Origin: Desulfosoma sp.
Lineage (GTDB): Bacteria; Desulfobacterota; Syntrophobacteria; Syntrophobacterales; DSM-9756
Direction: 5' to 3'
Assembly (NCBI GenBank): GCA_037481835.1
Contig: JBBFKW010000011.1
Location: 1-64,000 of the forward strand
DNA: 64,000 nt
Position 1 is the first letter of the stretch; each line of letters starts with the position of its first letter. This document shows positions 60,862 to 64,000 of this stretch, in pieces. The position numbers and the translations under genes were made by a program. The notes beneath the pieces are model-generated. The model ran no database searches. It saw only the letters and a program-made list of their open reading frames with translations, and was not told the DNA's origin.

Positions 60862-60892
60862 GCCGGTTGGGCTGAGCGGAGCGAACCTCAGC
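60862..60892 (+). repeat. Degenerate copy of the 55828 REP-like element
   Basis: GGTTGGGCTGAGCGGAGCGAACCTCAGC compared with GGTTGGGGTGAGCGCAGCGAACCCCAAC. Confidence 0.5.
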
Positions 60893-60982
60893 TCCCACCC
60901 GCCGGGCTTCACCGCCACTGCACGCCAAGGAAGGCGGCGGCGCGCCCCTGAAAATTTTACGTGGAAAACGGTGGAGGTCTGC

Positions 60983-61825
60983 GTGCCCCAGCGGCTCTCT
61001 TTAGGCTATTCGCCGTGTCCCAATGACACGTTCATCTTTGGAGGGCTTGCCCTGCAGGCCGTTCAGCCGGAAGGGCTGCAGCTCGAGCCGTTCCTTGCCG
61101 ACGTGGAGGTGCTCAACCGCAAAGCTCGGGAAGCCCATTTGGACGTGACAAAAATTTCTTTCAACGCCGCCGTTTTTTGCCTCAGGGATTACTGGCTTCT
61201 TCGTTCGGGAGGTGCCCTGGGGCGAGGGTGCGGCCCTCTTCTTGTGGCGAGAAAGCCCCGAACCCTGGAAGATCTGGCCCAGGCGGCCATCGCCATTCCG
61301 GGGCGCTTGACGACGGCGAACCTCCTTCTGGAGCTTCTCGGCATCCATCGGGGACCTCGAGTGGAAATGTCCTTTGAAAAGGTCATGCCGGCGGTGGTGT
61401 CGGGGGAGGTGGACGCGGGGGTTGTCATTCACGAAGGGCGTTTCACCTACGGCGATCTGGGCCTTCATCTGGTGTTGGACCTGGGCGCCTGGTGGGAAAA
61501 ACATACGGGATGCCCGCTTCCCTTGGGCTGCATCGTCATCCGGCGAAGCTTGGGGCGGGACACGGCGGCGGCGATGGATCGGGCCATTGGGCAGAGCCTC
61601 CGGTGGGCCCGCCGCCATCCGGACGCTGTGTGGCCCTACATCCGATCCCACGCCCAGGAAATGGATCCCCAGGTCATCGCCCGTCACATCGAAACATTCG
61701 TCAACGATTTCAGTGACGACGTGGGAACGGAAGGCGAGAGAGCCATTCGGAAGCTCCTTCACGAAGCCGCTCGAATTGCGGAGCTTTCCCTTCCCGAAGG
61801 CCCGCTCTTTTGGACGGATCCATGA
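60983..61825 (+). CDS. mqnD: 1,4-dihydroxy-6-naphthoate synthase
   Basis: LGYSPCPNDTFIF, GALGRGCGP, IHEGRFTY and PLPLG; GGAGGT RBS before GTG. Confidence 0.95.
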   Translation: MPQRLSLGYSPCPNDTFIFGGLALQAVQPEGLQLEPFLADVEVLNRKAREAHLDVTKISFNAAVFCLRDYWLLRSGGALGRGCGPLLVARKPRTLEDLAQAAIAIPGRLTTANLLLELLGIHRGPRVEMSFEKVMPAVVSGEVDAGVVIHEGRFTYGDLGLHLVLDLGAWWEKHTGCPLPLGCIVIRRSLGRDTAAAMDRAIGQSLRWARRHPDAVWPYIRSHAQEMDPQVIARHIETFVNDFSDDVGTEGERAIRKLLHEAARIAELSLPEGPLFWTDP

Positions 61826-61937
61826 AGGAAAAACAAGGCGGCGTGAAGGGCTAGGTCGGCCGTAGGCGTTGTGGTTTTCCCTGAGAGCAGGCCCGCTCTT
61901 TTGGATGGATTTCTTATCAGGAAACGAGGTGACGTGA

Positions 61938-63080
61938 ATGGATGAGACAACCGTTCGCCTTTTTCTTTTTCCCCACAGCGTTCTGCCGGATGCGGCCGCC
62001 CGGTGTTTCTTCACCGTGTGGACTCCCTTGGAATGCCTCAGGGCCGTAGAGGCGGCCTTCGTTCCGGATTGGGCCGAGCCGCGTTGTGAGCAACGTGGGA
62101 TCGAAAGGAGTGAAAAATTCTGGGACCGAGTGCGTGCCGTACGGCAGGGATATCGGGAATTGGGGGCACGGGTCGGCGAAGACGGCCTGATGGCCGTGCT
62201 CAGTCGGGATTGGGCTTTGGGCTCCGGCCCCGAAAGCCGCGGCCAGATCCAGTCCATTTTAAAGGGGATCAGCCCCGAACCTCCGGATATGGAGGAATGG
62301 CTCCTGACGGAAGCGGCGGTTTTCTTGGAACTGGGAAGGGAACTGGACATTCGGGAACTGGAGCTTACAAAAAACCTGGAACATGTCGGCCGCTTGGAAG
62401 AGAATCTTCTCAAGGCCCTGGGAGCGGACGAAGAAGACACCGCGGAGCTCCAAAAAGCTTTGGAAACCACCAATCCGCCGCTAAGTCCCGATTGGGGGCA
62501 TTTCGGGTATCTGCTGCGCCAGAGGATCGCGCATTGGTTTCGAATGTTCAGTCGAGCCCGGGTGCCGGGCGGACGGGTTGTCCTGGCGGCGTTGGGCCGG
62601 GAGGTGGTGGACGAAGCCTTGGACCCCGTTCAAACGGAAAGGGAACGCAGGCGGGAGCCCTGGGATCGAGGGGAGATGCGTGTGCTGAGCATCCCGCGGA
62701 TGGATCTCCTGGGCCCGGAAGAGCTTTCCCGTTGGCTCGATGCCGTGGAAAAACTTGAAGCTCGGGGTCCCTTTCGACAGAGTCTCGAAGCTCTTATGGA
62801 AGATCCTTCACGCCCGGCTCTCAGGGAAGAGCTTCTTCAAGCGGCGCGGGATTTGGAAAGGGCCCTGCAAACACTTTGGGCTGAGTTTCGGCGGGACCTT
62901 CAGGGTCTGAGCGGGTACGGGTGCGTCCTGACGGCACCCCGCGACGTGACCTACGCCGATGTGTGGCAATCCGTGGACCGCGCGGGGGCGCAGGCTCTGG
63001 GCATGGAATCTCTCGGTCAGGATCCGGCGGTGTTCATCAGTTTGGAAAGCGATGAAAGCCGAGGCTTCGAGCTGCAGTAG
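61938..63080 (+). CDS. Hypothetical acidic protein
   Basis: 380-aa ORF with GAGGTG RBS; no recognised motif. Confidence 0.75.
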   Translation: MDETTVRLFLFPHSVLPDAAARCFFTVWTPLECLRAVEAAFVPDWAEPRCEQRGIERSEKFWDRVRAVRQGYRELGARVGEDGLMAVLSRDWALGSGPESRGQIQSILKGISPEPPDMEEWLLTEAAVFLELGRELDIRELELTKNLEHVGRLEENLLKALGADEEDTAELQKALETTNPPLSPDWGHFGYLLRQRIAHWFRMFSRARVPGGRVVLAALGREVVDEALDPVQTERERRREPWDRGEMRVLSIPRMDLLGPEELSRWLDAVEKLEARGPFRQSLEALMEDPSRPALREELLQAARDLERALQTLWAEFRRDLQGLSGYGCVLTAPRDVTYADVWQSVDRAGAQALGMESLGQDPAVFISLESDESRGFELQ

Positions 63081-63429
63081 CTCGGCTTTGACATCAATTT
63101 CCATGACCGGATGGCTGACGGCCGGTGCGGTCTCGGGCGCATCGTTCCGAAGGGGCGCACCCGTTCACGCCCTATGCCTCTGAAAGGGCACGGGATGCCA
63201 CCGGCCTAGGGCGAAGCCCGGGGTTGGGCTCCCTGCCTCACGGTCTCAAAGGGGCGAAAAATCTCACCGGGGTCTCACGACGGGTTCAGGCCCCCCTGGG
63301 ACAACGACGGAAGAAAGGCGACGAACCGAGCACCTAAAGTCGGCTTTCATATGGAATGCATCATTCGAAGGCCTACTAGAGACGATTTCAATGCCGTGAC
63401 GTTTTCGGCCGGAACGCAGGAGAGCAGTT

Positions 63430-64000
63430 ATGCCGGGTCAAATCCTTCTGGAAAGCCACTTGGGAACGCTGGCCGGGGCCGTGGAGGCCGCCGTGGCGCG
63501 CATGCAGGCGGAAAACATTGTTTCTCGCATCTGGGTCGGCGATCACACCGTATGGAAGCAGGAACCCAAAGAGATCACCAACCGGCTGGGGTGGCTTAAA
63601 GCGCCGGAGTCTATGAAAGAGCGGCTCGAAGAAATCGAGGCCTTTGTGGACGATGTGCGGCGAAGCGGCCTGCGAGACGCTGTGCTCTTGGGCATGGGCG
63701 GGTCGAGCCTGGCTCCGGAAGTATTCTCACGCATGTTTCCTCCCCGCGAGGGTTTCCTCAAACTGACCGTTTTGGACACAACGCACCCCCAAGCCATCGC
63801 CCGAATCCAAAGGACTCTGGACCTTTCCAAGACCCTTTTCGTGGTGTCCACAAAATCTGGGGGTACGGTGGAAACCCTTTCGCTTTTCAAATACTTCTAC
63901 AATGAAGTGTCCAAGACGACGGGGATGGAAACCGTCGGAAGCCGCTTTTGTGCCGTGACGGACCCAGGCAGCGGCCTGGAAACGCTGGCCCGTTCCTTAA
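63430..64000 (+). CDS. pgi: Glucose-6-phosphate isomerase (Tal-Pgi type), truncated by the window edge
   Basis: SRIWVGDHTVW..NRLGWL, VLLGMGGSSLAPE, STKSGGTVET and AVTDPGS. Confidence 0.9.
   Translation, partial: MPGQILLESHLGTLAGAVEAAVARMQAENIVSRIWVGDHTVWKQEPKEITNRLGWLKAPESMKERLEEIEAFVDDVRRSGLRDAVLLGMGGSSLAPEVFSRMFPPREGFLKLTVLDTTHPQAIARIQRTLDLSKTLFVVSTKSGGTVETLSLFKYFYNEVSKTTGMETVGSRFCAVTDPGSGLETLARSL

Noticed and set aside
63125..63340. GC-rich intergenic stretch as 6S RNA or another ncRNA
   Set aside because: I could not identify a convincing long hairpin or family motif by eye; it needs an Rfam scan.

Overview
GC-rich chromosomal window from an anaerobic sulfate reducer (Desulfobacterota, probably Syntrophobacteraceae-like; inferred from HdrA/HdrL/MvhD content, futalosine-pathway genes, an IspH-UbiA fusion and many sigma-54 two-component genes). 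Housekeeping and metabolic genes: nupC, lepA, hemW, a D-amino acid dehydrogenase, an Ald-like dehydrogenase, an amino-acid ABC transporter lacking an ATPase, a glyoxylate reductase-like enzyme, a korDABC-hdrL-mvhD/hdrD-hdrA/mvhD operon, an RND/TolC pump, HIT, GT2, ispH, dusB, mqnB, mqnD and pgi. The most notable items are: (1) a signalling module of a histidine kinase, a sigma-54 activator and a Lon protease that lacks its N-domain and carries an inserted, intact receiver domain closely resembling the activator's, divergent from small 'FAEAG'-motif proteins, an unannotated 31-aa membrane peptide and an SLC13/TrkA-C permease; (2) an orphan integron cassette (60-bp attC plus attI-like site, no integrase) inside that module, abutting a ~127-bp IS200/IS605-type remnant; (3) an accessory cluster of a SARP/BTAD regulator, papain-like protease, beta/gamma-crystallin (followed by a degenerate attC), membrane protein and FecR lipoprotein with six 38-aa Cys-rich repeats; (4) a selenocysteine UGA with a SECIS-like hairpin in HdrA, and a candidate 40-aa micro-selenoprotein coupled to a CGGC gene; (5) a C8-tract frameshift in tolC, a nonsense-split VWA gene, inverted IS4 ends around a decayed HEPN-MNT pair, a 99-bp MITE and REP-like elements. 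No rRNA, tRNA or CRISPR array was seen. All family assignments come from motif recognition by eye, not from database searches.
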